Shown: positions 40,913-50,889, numbered from the stretch's first letter. The stretch: 64,000 nt of DNA from Arcobacteraceae bacterium (GCA_048268245.1 JBLWVX010000002.1:96001-160000), one strand, 5' to 3'. Translations and numbers: made by a program. The notes: generated by a model not told the origin, from the sequence alone.

Positions 40913-43468
40913 ATGGATATAAGAAAAGAGTATTTAGAGTTTTTTAAAAATAAAGGTCACGAGGTAGTTTCATCTATGCCTTTAGTACCTGATGATCCAA
41001 CATTGATGTTTACAAATGCTGGAATGGTACAATTTAAAGATATTTTTACAGGTGATGTTCCAACTCCTACTAACCCAACTGCTACATCTTGTCAGTTATG
41101 TGTTAGAGCAGGTGGTAAACATAATGACTTAGAAAATGTAGGTTATACGGCAAGACACCATACACTATTTGAAATGCTAGGAAATTTCTCATTTGGTGAT
41201 TACTTCAAAGAAGAAGCAATTGCTTATGCTTGGGAATTTGTTACAAAAAACCTAGCACTACCAATAGACAAGTTATGGGTTACTATTCATGAAAGTGATG
41301 ATGAAGCATATGAATTATGGCAAAAACATATTGATGCTTCTAGAATCAAAAGATTTGGTGATAAAGATAACTTCTGGTCTATGGGTGATACTGGGGCTTG
41401 TGGTCCTTGTTCTGAGATTTTCTATGATCAAGGTGAAGAACATTTTAATAGTGATGAAGATTATTTAGGTGGAGAAGGAGATAGATTCTTAGAGATCTGG
41501 AACCTTGTATTTATGCAGTATGAAAGAGATACAAGTGGAAAATTAAATCCATTACCAAAACCTTCAATTGACACAGGTATGGGACTTGAGAGAGTTATTG
41601 CTATTAAAGAAGGTGTACTTAATAACTTTGATTCTTCAAACTTCCAACCAATTATAAAAAAGATTGAAGAACTTGCAATTAATAAAATCAGTGATGAAAA
41701 TATAGGTTCATATAGAGTAATTGCTGACCACTTAAGAGCAAACTCATTTATGCTATCTCAAGGTATTTTATTTGGGAATGAGGGAAGACCTTATGTAAAT
41801 AGAAGAATCATGAGAAGAGCTGTAAGACATGGTTACTTACTTGGATTTAGAAAACCTTTCTTGGCTGATGTATATGATACTTTATGTGAAATGATGGGTC
41901 AACATTACAGTGACTTAATTGATCAAAAAGATTATATTAAAGAGCAATTAACTTTAGAAGAAGCTAGATTCTTTAAAACAATTGAATCAGGTATGGCTTT
42001 ATTTGAAGAAGAATTAAAAAATACAAAAGATGTATTCTCAGGAGAGATTGCATTTAAACTTTATGATGAAAAAGGTTTCCCATTAGACTTAACAGAAGAT
42101 ATGTTAAGAGATAAAAACATCAAAGTTGATATTGAAAAGTTTGATGAATTAATGGCTGAACAAAAAGCAAAAGCAAAAGCTGCTTGGAAAGGTAGTGGAG
42201 ATGCTGCTACTTCTGGTGATTTTAAAGCCTTACTTGAAAAATATGGTGAAAATGAGTTTGTAGGATATGATAATACAAACTACAGAAGTAAAATACTTGC
42301 ACTTTTAGATGAAAACTTCAAAGAAGTTGATACACTTAAAAAAGGTAAATCTGGATGGGTTATGTTAGATAAAACTCCATTCTATGCTACTTCTGGTGGA
42401 CAAGCAGGTGATATTGGAGCACTTGAAGATAATGAGCATATAGCAATTATTGAAGATACGCAAAAATTCCATGGATTAAATCTTTCTAAAGTAAGAGTTG
42501 AAAATACTGATATAAATAAAGATGAAGAAGTTAAAGCTGTTGTAGTAAATAGATATGAAGTTGCAAAACATCATAGTGCTACACACCTTTTACAAAGTGC
42601 TTTAAAAATGGTTTTAGGTGATACAGTTGCGCAAGCTGGTTCTTTAAACGATTCTTCTAGATTAAGATTTGACTTTACATATCCAAAAGCTATGACGCAA
42701 GAGCAAATTGAAGAAGTAGAAGATTTAGTAAACTCTATGATTTCAAGAGGAATTGTTGGAAATGTTGAAGAGTTAGCTATTGAAGATGCTAAGAAAAAAG
42801 GTGCTATTGCTATGTTTGGTGAAAAATATGGTGATGTAGTAAGAGTTGTTGAGTTTGGTGATGTTTCTGTTGAGTTCTGTGGTGGAACACACGTAAGAAA
42901 TACACATGATATTGGTTCTTTCTATATTACAAAAGAATCAGGTGTAAGTGCTGGTGTTAGAAGAATTGAAGCTGTATGTGGAATGTCTGCTATTTCATAT
43001 GCAAAATCATTTATGAAAAAATACCAAGAAGTTCAAACTGAAGTTAAAAACCAAGATGCAATTACTGGTATCAAAAAATTAAAAGACCAAATCAAAGAGC
43101 TTAAAAAAGAAGTTGAAGAGGCTCAAAGTCAAAGTTCAGCTCCTATAGCAGAAGAGATGATTGGTGATGTTAAAGTTGTAGTTGATATTGTTAAAAATGG
43201 TGATATTAAAAAACTAATTGATGATATGAAAAATGCAAATGAAAAGTTAGCTGCACTACTTATTCAACCAAAAGGTGAAAAAGTTATGATTGTTGCAGGA
43301 AGCAAGGACACATCTATTAAAGCTGGTGATTGGATTAAAAATATTGCACCAATCGTTGGTGGTGGAGGTGGAGGAAGACCTGACTTCGCTCAAGCTGGTG
43401 GAAAAGATGTATCAAAAATTGAAGATGCAAAAAAAGCTGCTTTAGAGTATGCAAAAGAAAACTTATAG
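40913..43468 (+). CDS. alaS: Alanine--tRNA ligase
   Basis: [40 protein letters not shown] and GGGGGRP motifs. Start is 40913 or 40901. Confidence 0.99.
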   Translation: MDIRKEYLEFFKNKGHEVVSSMPLVPDDPTLMFTNAGMVQFKDIFTGDVPTPTNPTATSCQLCVRAGGKHNDLENVGYTARHHTLFEMLGNFSFGDYFKEEAIAYAWEFVTKNLALPIDKLWVTIHESDDEAYELWQKHIDASRIKRFGDKDNFWSMGDTGACGPCSEIFYDQGEEHFNSDEDYLGGEGDRFLEIWNLVFMQYERDTSGKLNPLPKPSIDTGMGLERVIAIKEGVLNNFDSSNFQPIIKKIEELAINKISDENIGSYRVIADHLRANSFMLSQGILFGNEGRPYVNRRIMRRAVRHGYLLGFRKPFLADVYDTLCEMMGQHYSDLIDQKDYIKEQLTLEEARFFKTIESGMALFEEELKNTKDVFSGEIAFKLYDEKGFPLDLTEDMLRDKNIKVDIEKFDELMAEQKAKAKAAWKGSGDAATSGDFKALLEKYGENEFVGYDNTNYRSKILALLDENFKEVDTLKKGKSGWVMLDKTPFYATSGGQAGDIGALEDNEHIAIIEDTQKFHGLNLSKVRVENTDINKDEEVKAVVVNRYEVAKHHSATHLLQSALKMVLGDTVAQAGSLNDSSRLRFDFTYPKAMTQEQIEEVEDLVNSMISRGIVGNVEELAIEDAKKKGAIAMFGEKYGDVVRVVEFGDVSVEFCGGTHVRNTHDIGSFYITKESGVSAGVRRIEAVCGMSAISYAKSFMKKYQEVQTEVKNQDAITGIKKLKDQIKELKKEVEEAQSQSSAPIAEEMIGDVKVVVDIVKNGDIKKLIDDMKNANEKLAALLIQPKGEKVMIVAGSKDTSIKAGDWIKNIAPIVGGGGGGRPDFAQAGGKDVSKIEDAKKAALEYAKENL

Positions 43469-43477
43469 GATTACAAA

Positions 43478-43957
43478 GTGAGTGAACTATTTGATAATTA
43501 TTCATCAATTATAGTTTTTCTACATGTAATTTCTGCTGTGTTATGGGTAGGTGGAATGTTAGCAATTAGATTTGCCGTTCACTACTCAATGCAAGATATT
43601 ACAGACCCAAAAATAAAACTAGGAAGAACTTTAGAGAGTTTAAGAAGATTTTTTAATATGGTTATTCCAGCAATTATTTTACTTTTATTAACTGCTATTA
43701 TTATGATAATTGCCTTAGGTTTTAAAGGTACACCTTTATATAGTGTAGTAATTGCAAAAGAAGTGATATGGACTATAATGACTTTAGTTTTTATTACTAT
43801 TTATATAAAAAGAAACAAAGCCTCAAAGGCTTTTGAAAGTGGTAATTTACCTGCAGCAAAACAGCAGTTAGAACCAATAGCTAAATACTTTATTCCATTA
43901 AATATTATTCTAGGAATTATTGCTATATTTCTAGGAGTTACGTTAAGAGGGTTTTAA
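43478..43957 (+). CDS. Four-TM membrane protein (CopD/DUF4149-like N-terminus)
   Basis: FLHVISAVLWVGG motif; four hydrophobic segments; GTG start. Confidence 0.65.
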   Translation: MSELFDNYSSIIVFLHVISAVLWVGGMLAIRFAVHYSMQDITDPKIKLGRTLESLRRFFNMVIPAIILLLLTAIIMIIALGFKGTPLYSVVIAKEVIWTIMTLVFITIYIKRNKASKAFESGNLPAAKQQLEPIAKYFIPLNIILGIIAIFLGVTLRGF

Positions 43958-43962
43958 TCCTC

Positions 43963-44679
43963 TTAATCGTCTAAATAATATTCAACTGTTGAAACAACTC
44001 TAACTCTTTTTATATGTTGAGTGTTTTGATCCCTACTTGAAATAGAAAATTGTCCTTGTCTTGCTTTTTTAATTTTTCCCAATTTACTATTTGAATCCTT
44101 AGCAAACTTCAAAGCAACTTCTCTAGCTTTTCTTGTAGCTTCTTCTATCATAATTGGTTTTACTTCATTTAAATTTGTAAAAAAGTATTGAGCTTTTGAA
44201 TCATAATCATTTACTCTAAATAAAATACCTTTCTTGTTTAGAGTTGAGATATTTAAAATAGCACTTCTTACTAAATCAACATTTTTAGAGTAAACATTAA
44301 TTGTTTGATTTGCACTATATCTAAATCTCACATTTTCATTTGAGTAACTATTTGCTAACTTATCATTTATTGAAGGTGCTGGTATTGTCCATTCATCTTG
44401 CATAATACCATTATCTTTTAAGAAATCTATTATGACTTTTGTATTTGTATCAATTTGTTTATTCAAATCATTTAAATCATTACTTGCAACTGTAAACTTT
44501 ATCGGCCATAAAACTATGTTTGCATTAAACTCTTTTTGAGATAATCCCTTTACAGTTACACTTCTATCAAATTGTTTATAAGTTTTTACACCTTCTACTA
44601 AAAAGTAACCTAGTGAGCTTAAACCTAAAAAAATTGAAATACCTAAAATATAAATTGATTTACTACTTAAACTTGACAT
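43963..44679 (-). CDS. SIMPL (DUF541) domain protein
   Basis: RSVTVKGLS, ARQGQFSI and RVVSTVEY motifs. Confidence 0.9.
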   Translation of the reverse strand: MSSLSSKSIYILGISIFLGLSSLGYFLVEGVKTYKQFDRSVTVKGLSQKEFNANIVLWPIKFTVASNDLNDLNKQIDTNTKVIIDFLKDNGIMQDEWTIPAPSINDKLANSYSNENVRFRYSANQTINVYSKNVDLVRSAILNISTLNKKGILFRVNDYDSKAQYFFTNLNEVKPIMIEEATRKAREVALKFAKDSNSKLGKIKKARQGQFSISSRDQNTQHIKRVRVVSTVEYYLDD

Positions 44680-44690
44680 ATTTAATCCTT

Positions 44691-45830
44691 TTAATCAAAT
44701 AACTTTTTATTTTTGTAAACTAATACAAACATCAAAAATAGAATACAAATAAATGTATAAACCATAATATCCCATCCAAAATGTTGATATATTATAGATG
44801 GTAAAAATGACCCCATTGCTCCACCAAAATAATAAAAAGTTAAATACATTCCTGATGTAAGTGATTTTTGTTCACTCTTCATAGAATTGGCTAAACCCGT
44901 ACTCATAGTATGAACTGTAAACATACCAATACAAAAAATAAACAACATTATAAATAGAAAAAGTACACTCTGACTAATTAGAAAGAAGTTTATTATTGTA
45001 AATATCCCTAAGCCAACTAAAATTGTATTTAACTCTGTTTTGAAAAACTTCACTATTTTTTTTGAAAGTAAAGAGACTAAAATACCCATACCATAACCTA
45101 AGTATAAAAGACTTATTTCAAATTCATTAATTGAACTACTTATATCTTTTACTCTAAATGGCAACACATTTAATATTCCTGCGAATACAAAAAAGACACA
45201 GAACATTAACAAATAAACTAAAACAAATCTTTTATCTTTTAAGATATTACTTATATCACTTAGTTTTGGTTTTGATAAAGTTGCATCTCCTTCATACTTT
45301 AATTTTTTAACAAAAAATAGTGAAATAAAAATTGCTAAAGATAAAGAGTAAAAAACATACTCATAAGAGAAGGTTGTAGCAATCGCTCCTGAGAAAATTC
45401 TTCCTATCATCCCTCCAAGAACTGTTGCTGCCACATAAATAGCCATATTGTATTTAATATTTTCCTTATCAATATTTGCCAATATACTCATAAGAGCAGT
45501 TAATATAGCTGGTACAACTAAAGCCTCACAAAACCTAAAAAATAAAAAAGTTTCATAACTTGTACTTAAACCTAAAAAAATATTTGTTATGAGTAAAATA
45601 GAAGAAGAGTATATTAACATCTTTTTCGCACAAACTTTTTCTAAAATATATCCATAAACAATTGGTGAAATTGCTAAAAAAAGCATTATTATTGCAGTAA
45701 ACTGTGAAGCTTTTACAACTGATATTTCAAACTCTTTAGCAAGTAAAGGCTGAAGTGGTTGTGTTGCGTACATAACAGATAAAACAATTACAATACAATA
45801 TATAACGATAAATAAATCTAACCTTTTCAT
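44691..45830 (-). CDS. MFS transporter (YnfM-like)
   Basis: MYATQPLQP, GGMIGR and YLTFYYFGG motifs; about 12 TMs. Confidence 0.92.
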   Translation of the reverse strand: MKRLDLFIVIYCIVIVLSVMYATQPLQPLLAKEFEISVVKASQFTAIIMLFLAISPIVYGYILEKVCAKKMLIYSSSILLITNIFLGLSTSYETFLFFRFCEALVVPAILTALMSILANIDKENIKYNMAIYVAATVLGGMIGRIFSGAIATTFSYEYVFYSLSLAIFISLFFVKKLKYEGDATLSKPKLSDISNILKDKRFVLVYLLMFCVFFVFAGILNVLPFRVKDISSSINEFEISLLYLGYGMGILVSLLSKKIVKFFKTELNTILVGLGIFTIINFFLISQSVLFLFIMLFIFCIGMFTVHTMSTGLANSMKSEQKSLTSGMYLTFYYFGGAMGSFLPSIIYQHFGWDIMVYTFICILFLMFVLVYKNKKLFD

Positions 45831-46396
45831 TAAAATTCACTTTTTAAATATATTTTTTCAAAATAGTTTTCTACTATATTCATTCTTACTAAACTTTTGA
45901 AATACTCTTTTTGAAATCTTTTTTTATTTATATTTTTATTTACATAAGAAATATCATACTTTTGTATTAATTCTTCATAATATAATCCTTCATAATCTAA
46001 AATAAATAAATCTTCTTGAAACCCAAACTTATAAATTAAATCAATGTAATACTTATCATCAATTAAATAAGTTGTAAATTCATAATTGTCATATTCATAG
46101 CTTTGAATCTTTTTCATACTTGTAATTTTAAAATGCTTCTTAAATTGATAAACAAAATATCCTCTTGGAAAACCGTTCCAAGTGCAAGAATTGTTTAAAG
46201 AAATATACTCAATGAATAGCTTTTTATATTTACTATCATTTATAGTTTTTATATATGAGTCTCTTGTACAAAAGCCAAGAGTTGAAAGCTCTTTTTGTGT
46301 CTTTAAATCTAAAGAATCAAAAGAGTTTTTATATTTAACAGGCATGCAAGCAGTAAAAAAAACAAGACTTATTAAACTAAATAATATTAATCTCAT
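45830..46396 (-). CDS. Hypothetical lipoprotein
   Basis: Lipobox FTAC; translationally coupled to the MFS gene. Confidence 0.75.
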   Translation of the reverse strand: MRLILFSLISLVFFTACMPVKYKNSFDSLDLKTQKELSTLGFCTRDSYIKTINDSKYKKLFIEYISLNNSCTWNGFPRGYFVYQFKKHFKITSMKKIQSYEYDNYEFTTYLIDDKYYIDLIYKFGFQEDLFILDYEGLYYEELIQKYDISYVNKNINKKRFQKEYFKSLVRMNIVENYFEKIYLKSEF

Positions 46397-46445
46397 TTTA
46401 AATCCTTATATTAAAAACAAATTATACCATTTTTAAGATAATTAA

Positions 46446-46474
46446 TTGACATAGTATTATTATTCTAATAATAT
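46446..46474 (+). promoter_or_regulatory. Candidate sigma70 promoter of the NlpC/P60 gene
   Basis: TTGACA-N17-TAATAT; low-complexity inverted repeat TATTATTA-N3-TAATAATA across the spacer. Confidence 0.45.
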
Positions 46475-46509
46475 ATCTTTATTCATTGCCTATAGGAAAA
46501 ATTTGAATC

Positions 46510-47025
46510 ATGATTAAGTCTATAATTTTTATTTCTCTATGTTTATTTTTTATAACTGGATGTTCATATAAAACCGGTTCACAAGAATTTATAAGTAGCT
46601 ATAAAGAGTTAGATAATCTTCCTTTTCCTAGTGCTTCACTTGAGCATACTCTACTTGAAACAAACAATCAACTAAAAAGATTTTATAATGAGTGGAGAGG
46701 GGTTAGATATAAATGGGGTGGAAATACTAAAAGAGGTATTGATTGTTCTGCTTTTGTTCAAAAGGCCTATAGAAATAGTTTTAATTTAAAACTTCCAAGA
46801 ACTACAAAATATCAACATAAAGTTGGCAAATACATAAATAAAAGCTCTCTTAGACTAGGAGATTTAGTCTTTTTCAAAACAGGATGGGACTCAAGACATG
46901 TGGGTATTTATATAGACAATGGAAGATTTATGCATGCATCAATAAGTAAAGGGGTAATTATTTCTTCTTTAAATAATAGGTATTATAAAAAGCACTATTG
47001 GAAAGCAAAAAGAGTTTTATTTTAA
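46510..47025 (+). CDS. NlpC/P60 (C40) peptidoglycan endopeptidase lipoprotein, MepS/Spr-like
   Basis: Lipobox ITGC; YKWGG, DCS, GDLVFF, HVGIY and FMHAS motifs. Confidence 0.95.
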   Translation: MIKSIIFISLCLFFITGCSYKTGSQEFISSYKELDNLPFPSASLEHTLLETNNQLKRFYNEWRGVRYKWGGNTKRGIDCSAFVQKAYRNSFNLKLPRTTKYQHKVGKYINKSSLRLGDLVFFKTGWDSRHVGIYIDNGRFMHASISKGVIISSLNNRYYKKHYWKAKRVLF

Positions 47026-47080
47026 ACACTAATAAAAAAAGGATAGGATGTAAGATTAATCTAATTTTAGAGGAGTACAT

Positions 47081-47429
47081 CTGATAAGAAACTTATCATT
47101 TTTTATTTTTATAACACTTTTTTTAGTGCATGTAATAGCACTAAAACACTTACATATAAAGAAACAACTAACGAAAATATAAACAAACAAATACAAGCAT
47201 TAAAACAGTTTGAACCAGAACCAAAAAAGAAATGAACCTTCTGCAAGCTAAACTTAAAGAAGAGATTCAAAAAGAAGAAATACAAAATCAATTAAATAAT
47301 GATGAAATCATCAAAAACTCTTTAATAGAGTTTTATGCTGAATGGAAAGGTGTAAAATTCACAAAACTAAATAAAGCTTTTTATAAAAAGGCTTATTGGG
47401 CATCAAGAAGACTTATCAAAGATTTATAA
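47081..47429 (+). pseudogene. Decayed NlpC/P60 lipoprotein paralog
   Basis: AGGAG RBS plus CTG start; lipobox FSAC out of frame after a T-run; second frame break near 47230; FYAEWKGVK fused directly to LNKAFYKKAYWASRRL with the catalytic core missing. Confidence 0.8.
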
Positions 47430-47430
47430 T

Positions 47431-47634
47431 ACAAAAGCCTCAAAGTTTTAATTATGTTTAGGAGAAATGAGTTCATTTTTACTTACTACTCTTAATATAA
47501 AAATAAATGTGATTAAAAGAGTAATACAAATGAGGCTTTTAGTAATTTGAGTAAGTTAATGAGATAAATGCACTTAAATTTATAATTTAGGAAGCAGAAA
47601 GGATACAAATGAGAAATGCATCTATCTCTTTAAT
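47431..47634 (-). ncRNA. Candidate structured small RNA with C/U-rich anti-SD loops
   Basis: Minus-strand TATAAT at 47641-47646; two long-range stems (47433-47442/47531-47540 and 47561-47572/47617-47628); repeated motifs complementary to SD+AUG. Strand and ends are inferred. Confidence 0.5.
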
Positions 47635-47649
47635 ACTGTAATTATAATC

Positions 47650-47668
47650 TACAAATATGATATTTGTA
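47650..47668. promoter_or_regulatory. 19-bp palindromic operator candidate
   Basis: TACAAATAT-G-ATATTTGTA. Confidence 0.55.
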
Positions 47669-47676
47669 TGATTTTA

Positions 47677-48969
47677 TTACAATTTTATGAAATTTGATAA
47701 AATATATAGACAAATTACCCCTATAATATACATTTTTAGAACATATAAAATATTGGCTTTAAAAATATCTTTTGCATTTAAACTATATCTAGCAACAATT
47801 GTAAGGTTCAATCCACTAAATGGTGAGGTTGAAACTGTAGTAGCCCAAGCCATCAAAAATGTCACAGCTAATAGTGTATGATTTACAGAACTTAAAAACT
47901 CACCAATAATTGCTATTGTAATAATAGGATGAATTCCCACAAAAGCTAAAACTATAAAAATAGCTAAAAGAATTGAAGCTATAAACCAATCAAACTCTTC
48001 AAAAGGAAGTGTTAATTCCAATCCTAAAAGTATTGAACTAACAGAAATACCAAACATTCCAGCTATTAGAAAAAGAGAAAGTTCTACTTTCATTTTTGGT
48101 AATTCTTCAAAGATATGATTTACTATTTTACTACTAGCTTTATTTAAACCTTTTTTTATAGGTAATACTAAAATAGTTAGTAAAAATGAAAATAGTGAAA
48201 TTAAAACAATCACTTTAATTTGAGGATAAAAATGATTTGTTACTAAAACTAAGATAGCTAGACAAAAAGGTAAAAGTAAAGTATCAAAAGCCATGGGATA
48301 ACCTCTAAATTCATCCAAATTAAAACTTTTATCTTTATTCACTTCATAGTATGTAAACAAAAATGCTATAAAAGCTAATATTAGTCCATTTACCAAAATC
48401 ACACCTGCATTTAAATTTGGAGCATAAGTTAAAGCTGCTGCAAAAGCTACAAAAAAAGGTGACCAGTAAGCATCTGTAGAAAAAGCTCTTGTAAGTAAAA
48501 CTATTTGAGTTTTTGTAAGTTTTGCTTTTTTATGTAATTTGTCTGCTACTAAAATTAAAGAAGACAAATTTATTACAGAACCAAACAAATGAACTCCAAG
48601 ATATGTTTTTAAAAAAGATTGCTTGCCTTTTGGTAAATTTGTACTTTTATCTTTTTTAGGAGTTGCTATTAATCTTAAAAAACCAACTCCAATTAAAAGA
48701 GTTAGTAAGTATTGGTTTACAGTAAAGACTTTTATAAAATCAATGCTAAAACCATAAAAAAAACAAATAGCAAATGCAATAAAACTTAAAAGTAAAAGTA
48801 TGTTTAACATCTTTTTACTTTTTAAAGATGTATAAGAAAAACCAAGTGATAGCCAAGCTAAAGTACCAGCAACAATCAATAGTGAATTATCAAAAAAATA
48901 TGCTATAAAAGTTATAAAAAATGATGAGAAAATTAATATCCCGCTTAAATTTGATAATACTCTATTCAC
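47677..48969 (-). CDS. Uncharacterised multi-pass membrane protein (possibly ion-transporter superfamily)
   Basis: About 12 hydrophobic segments; YWSPFF motif; overlaps the upstream DMT gene. Confidence 0.7.
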   Translation of the reverse strand: MNRVLSNLSGILIFSSFFITFIAYFFDNSLLIVAGTLAWLSLGFSYTSLKSKKMLNILLLLSFIAFAICFFYGFSIDFIKVFTVNQYLLTLLIGVGFLRLIATPKKDKSTNLPKGKQSFLKTYLGVHLFGSVINLSSLILVADKLHKKAKLTKTQIVLLTRAFSTDAYWSPFFVAFAAALTYAPNLNAGVILVNGLILAFIAFLFTYYEVNKDKSFNLDEFRGYPMAFDTLLLPFCLAILVLVTNHFYPQIKVIVLISLFSFLLTILVLPIKKGLNKASSKIVNHIFEELPKMKVELSLFLIAGMFGISVSSILLGLELTLPFEEFDWFIASILLAIFIVLAFVGIHPIITIAIIGEFLSSVNHTLLAVTFLMAWATTVSTSPFSGLNLTIVARYSLNAKDIFKANILYVLKMYIIGVICLYILSNFIKL

Positions 48970-49858
48970 TTTTTTTGTCTTTCTTTAAATAAAATATTGA
49001 TAAATAAATTCCAAGAGCTATTAGAATAAGCCCAACTAAATGATAAAACTCTAGTTTTTCACCTAAAAATATATAAGCCAAAACTGCACCAAAAATTGGC
49101 ATTAAGTGTGCAAACTGACCTGCTTTATTTGCTCCCACCTCAACTGTTGATATATTCCAAAAATAAAAAGATAAAATTGATGGAAAAATCACCATATATA
49201 TTAATGAATAAAATAGCTCTTTATTTTCTATAAACCCAACACTAAAACTATATCCTTGATAATAAAAGGCTATAGTTAAAAACCCAACACCAATAAAAGT
49301 AGTAATAGCTAAAAAGTCAAAAGCTTTAAGCTCTTTTGGTATAAACTTTAAAAATATAGAGTATAAAGACCATACAAGTCCAGCAAGGAGTATCCATAAA
49401 TCACCTTTAGAAAACTCTAAAGTACTCAAAGTTCCTAATTCACCTTTTACAATAAGATATATAACACCTAAAGTAGATATAAAAATCCCAAATACTTGAA
49501 TAGCTTTAATTTTTGCTTTTAAAATAACTCCAGATAAAACTACAATCATAATAGGAATAGCTGAATTAATCAATAAAGCATTTATAGCTGTTGTTGTTTG
49601 CAAGCCATAGTATAAAAAAGTATTAAATCCTGCAACACCAACTGCACCTAAGAAAAATAAAAGTAAAAAATCTTTACGTAAGGCTTTTGTTAATCTTTTT
49701 ATGTTTATTAACATATATGGTAAAAGTAAAACTAAAACAAAAAACCATCTATAAAATGAAAGCTCAGTTGGTTCAATACTTGAAGATACTAATCTTCCAA
49801 AAACAAAATTACCTGACCAAAAAAGTACTGCTAAAACTAATAAAATATAATACTTCAT
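48962..49858 (-). CDS. DMT/EamA family transporter
   Basis: LFWSGNFV start, two EamA repeats, FLGE motif. Confidence 0.94.
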   Translation of the reverse strand: MKYYILLVLAVLFWSGNFVFGRLVSSSIEPTELSFYRWFFVLVLLLPYMLINIKRLTKALRKDFLLLFFLGAVGVAGFNTFLYYGLQTTTAINALLINSAIPIMIVVLSGVILKAKIKAIQVFGIFISTLGVIYLIVKGELGTLSTLEFSKGDLWILLAGLVWSLYSIFLKFIPKELKAFDFLAITTFIGVGFLTIAFYYQGYSFSVGFIENKELFYSLIYMVIFPSILSFYFWNISTVEVGANKAGQFAHLMPIFGAVLAYIFLGEKLEFYHLVGLILIALGIYLSIFYLKKDKKSE

Positions 49859-49888
49859 AATAACTTCTTTTGAAAAAAATTTTAAATT

Positions 49889-49920
49889 AAAAAAGGGTTC
49901 AAGTATATACTTGAACCCTT
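49889..49920 (-). terminator. Intrinsic terminator downstream of the prephenate dehydratase gene
   Basis: AAGGGTTCAAGTATATACTTGAACCCTT palindrome with an A-run on its left (U-run on the minus strand). Confidence 0.85.
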
Positions 49921-50022
49921 AAAAATAGCTTTTATAATAAAGTAATTTACTAGAATTTATATGAAGTGTAAACTCTTAAAGCATTTGAATCTTTTAAAGT
50001 ATCACTAAATGAAGCATTAGCT

Positions 50023-50889
50023 TCATTTTATAACTTGATTTAACTCACACATTTTATCTCTATATTCATGTCTTTCATAAACACCAATTACTTTTAATTC
50101 TTCCACAAAAAACCTCAGCTCATCAAGGGCTAATTGTAGTCTTTTTTCATCCGTATGCCCATATAAATCCACATGAAACTGAGTTGAGTACATACTTCCA
50201 ATCCCTGAATAACTCTCTATTTTTATCAAATCTATTCCATTTGTAGCAAAACCGCCTAGAGCTTTATAAAGTGCTGCTGGTATATTTCTAACACTAAATA
50301 TAAGAGATGTTATATATGCTTTGTTTTCTTCAAACTTTGGTACTTTTGCTTCTTTTGATAAGACAATAAACCTAGTAACATTTCCAGCATAATCTGAAAA
50401 CTTCTCTTTTACTATCTCTAAATTATAGATTTTTGCAGCTAATGTTGATGCTATTACTGCATGGGTTTTATCATTTGATTGTTCTAACTTCATAGCAGAA
50501 CCCGCTGTATCAAACTCTGAGATTGCTTTTAGGTTTAACTCTTTTATATTATTCATACATTGAGCTAGGGCTTGTGGATGAGAAGATACTGTTTTTAATT
50601 CTTCTAGTTTGTATCCTTTTACAGCTATTAGGGCATGTTCAATAGGATGGAAATATTCATCTATTATATTTAATTGCATTTTAGGAACAAGCCTGTAAAT
50701 CTCTTCAACTCTACCAGCTGATGAGTTCTCAATAGGAATTACTCCAAAGTCTGCTTTTCCTTGCTCTACTAGTTGCATTGATTCTAAAAAAGAGTCTGAT
50801 GCTATAAATTTTGAGTCTGGGAAAAGCTTACTACTTGCAAGATGAGAATATGCTCCCTCAACTCCTTGATATACAACTGTTTTATTCAT
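50023..50889 (-). CDS. Monofunctional prephenate dehydratase (PDT-ACT)
   Basis: YQGVEGAYS, PIENSSAG, SHPQALAQC, NVTRF and KIES motifs; no chorismate mutase domain. Confidence 0.93.
   Translation of the reverse strand: MNKTVVYQGVEGAYSHLASSKLFPDSKFIASDSFLESMQLVEQGKADFGVIPIENSSAGRVEEIYRLVPKMQLNIIDEYFHPIEHALIAVKGYKLEELKTVSSHPQALAQCMNNIKELNLKAISEFDTAGSAMKLEQSNDKTHAVIASTLAAKIYNLEIVKEKFSDYAGNVTRFIVLSKEAKVPKFEENKAYITSLIFSVRNIPAALYKALGGFATNGIDLIKIESYSGIGSMYSTQFHVDLYGHTDEKRLQLALDELRFFVEELKVIGVYERHEYRDKMCELNQVIK

Noticed and set aside
47109..47291. 60-aa minus-strand ORF
   Set aside because: Antisense to the NlpC/P60 pseudogene.
47431..47640. CsrB/RsmZ-like sponge RNA
   Set aside because: Only three GGA motifs, none in short hairpin loops, and csrA is absent from its usual locus.
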